Source of the DNA: Malacoraja senta
Taxonomy: Eukaryota
Assembly: GCA_038087875.1 (NCBI GenBank)
Contig: CM075991.1
Coordinates: 2,294,001 to 2,358,000, forward strand
Reading direction: 5' to 3'
Length of the DNA: 64,000 nt
Shown here: piece by piece, positions 62,193-64,000 of the stretch
How positions within the stretch are numbered: position 1 is the stretch's first letter
Layout of the letters: each line of letters opens with the position of its first letter
The notes under the pieces: model-generated
Seen by the model: the letters and a program-made list of their open reading frames with translations, nothing else
Told to the model about the DNA's origin: nothing
The model's database searches: none
Made by a program: the position numbers and the translations under genes

Positions 62193-62467
62193 TATAACTA
62201 CTTGTTAACTACTGGTTGTTAACAAGTGCTACAGTAGCAGTTAACAAATTGTTTTTGTCTGATGGCCGGTGCAATGGTTTTTATCCATGTTCGTTTAAAA
62301 AACAATCCGTATTTAACAAGGCGAATTTAAAAAAAAAAATTGTATTTAGCAACGCAAATTCGTATTTCCGTACGAAATACGGAAAATTAGCGCGGGGCCC
62401 CCCATTGGCGCGGGGCCCAATTGGGAGCAATCGGTCCAATCGGCTTAAGGCCAGTCCTGAATGCCGG

Positions 62468-62707
62468 GGTTACTTGAAGTTAGAGAAATCAATATTCATA
62501 CCACTGAGCTGTAAGCTGCCTAAGCAAAATATGAGATGCTGTTCCTCCAATTTGCGTTTAGCCTCACTCTGACAATAGAGAGACCTAGGACAGAAAGGTC
62601 AGTGTGGGAATGGGAAGGAGAATTAAAGTGTTTAGCAACCGGGAGATCAGGTTGGTTCAGGCGGACTGAGCGACGGTGTTCAGTGAAGTGATCGCCGAGT
62701 CTGCATT
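62468..62707 (-). pseudogene. Penelope GIY-YIG endonuclease C-terminal fragment (other half of 51212-51529)
   Basis: Minus strand RLGDHFTEHRRSV..LPVAKHFNSPSHSHTDLSVLGL, one frameshift, then QSEAKRKLEEQHLIFCLGSL..GMNIDFSNFK*. Confidence 0.8.
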
Positions 62708-63445
62708 TAAACTAACATATGATTTTGATCCAGTAATGATGGGGGACTGAATTTTAGTTAAGGCTGTGCATGACTTGGAGGGAAATTAGAGGTGATGATA
62801 TTCTCAAAGCTGGCCAGATCATCTGAGAAACAAGTTAAGATGACACTGTCAGTTCCATTCAAAGCAAAGTTATATTGGAGAGATCGACACAAAATGCTGG
62901 AATCTCAGCCCGTTCCGTTGAGTTATTCCAGCATTTTGTGTCTATCTTTGGTTTAAACCAGCATCTGCAGTTCCTTCCTACACAATGTAGAAACAGAGAA
63001 AAATAGGTGCAGGAGTAGGTCATTCGGCCCTTCGAGCCATTCAATATCTAGAATCAGTATCCCGTTCCTGCTTTCTCCCCATATCCCCTGATTCCGTTAG
63101 CCCTAAGAGCTATATCTAACTCTCTCTTGAAATATATATTGGAGAGATGATCTACAGTCATAGCTTCGCATTGGAGATCGACACAAAATGCTGGAGTAAC
63201 TCAGCGGGTCAGGCAGCATCTCTGTCCCGCTGAGTTACTCCAGCATTTTGTGTCGATCTCTCTGGTGTAAAGCAACATCTGCAATTCCTTCCTACACAAC
63301 GTTTCACATTTATTGACACTTCTGCACTAATACAAATGTGCACAATAGTGTGGCTACAGGTAGTGATCACTGCAGTGGAACTCCACAACACTGCTGATGT
63401 ACGCAAAACTTTGATAAAACGACAAGAAGGGTTTTATTACAATGA

Positions 63446-64000
63446 CTCGACTAAGTGGGACCCGTTGGGTCCCAGCATCACACGGGAGGGCTGGTCACCC
63501 AACGCAATATTCCACCTCTCCACCAATTCCAATATTGCTCGCCAGTGGGGGGAGGGGGGGGGGCTTTCTGTTGCGCTAGTATGGGTGTTGTGGGCCGAAG
63601 GTACTGGTTTCCAGAGGGCTAGTATAGACATTGTGGGCCAAATGGATTCTTGGGCTTGCAGCTCAGTCACTGAGGCCTGGTAGTAGTCACTCGGGCCTGC
63701 CAAGCTGGCAGCTGAGAAACTGCCCAAAACAGGTGACAGACTGTGAGAGAGGAGGGGGAGATTATTGGGCTGGCAGTTCAGTCACTTACGGCTGGTGGGC
63801 TGGCAGTTCACTTACTCACGGCTGGTGGGCTGGCAGTTCACTTACTCACGGCTCGTGGGCTGGCAGTGCAGTCACTCAGACCTGGTATGCTGGCAGTTCA
63901 GTCAGTCACCCCTGCTCCCTTCACCCCCCCCCCCCTCTACTCCTTGCCATACCCTTCCCCCCACACATTCAGTGCATCTCCCCACAACCTCCCCCCATGC
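63446..64000 (-). mobile_element. Non-autonomous Helitron 3' portion (runs off the window)
   Basis: Minus strand ends GGGACCC-AAC-GGGTCCC hairpin, ACTTAGT, CGAG|T (variant of CTAG); homologous to 25190-25414; 30-bp tandem repeat at 63767-63910. Confidence 0.72.

Larger units (their letters stand above)
51530..62459. mobile_element. hAT-type DNA transposon shell, 10.9 kb including nested elements, no transposase seen
   Basis: TIR CAGGGCCGGCCTTA vs CAGGACTGGCCTTA (12/14); 8-bp TSD AATGCCGG (51522-51529 and 62460-62467); subterminal GCGGGGCCCAATTGGGA at 51550 and 62410. Confidence 0.85.

Overview
Eukaryotic, repeat-saturated vertebrate DNA. The repeat repertoire (HE1/V-type tRNA SINEs, CR1 LINEs, Penelope pLTR derivatives) points to a cartilaginous fish, probably a skate or ray; this is inference. 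No host protein-coding gene, rRNA, true tRNA or CRISPR can be supported, and nearly all ORF-track entries are transposon remnants or spurious frames. Recognisable elements: an L1-clade LINE with a 703-aa open RT/CCHC frame and a 14-bp TSD (41632-44217); a near-full-length Rex1/Babar LINE; a full-outline DIRS1-type tyrosine-recombinase retrotransposon plus the end of a second one; CR1, Crack/L2, RTE and Tx1 fragments; a CsRn1-type Gypsy 5' end; a solo LTR; non-autonomous Helitrons; Harbinger-type MITEs; and two copies of a 1043-bp TIR element. Most notable structures: (1) a 10.9-kb hAT-type unit (51530-62459, TIRs plus an 8-bp TSD) that splits a Penelope fragment and contains the Rex1 and DIRS elements; (2) many short Penelope-derived inserts carrying minimal hammerhead-ribozyme cores, often as fold-back units with their own TSDs; (3) a head-to-tail Tx1 dimer with one 14-bp target sequence repeated three times, inside a DNA transposon; (4) GC-rich non-coding retroposons that share a hairpin core but have different LINE-type tails. 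Family names come from motif recognition by eye, not database searches. Boundaries not fixed by a TSD or TIR are approximate.
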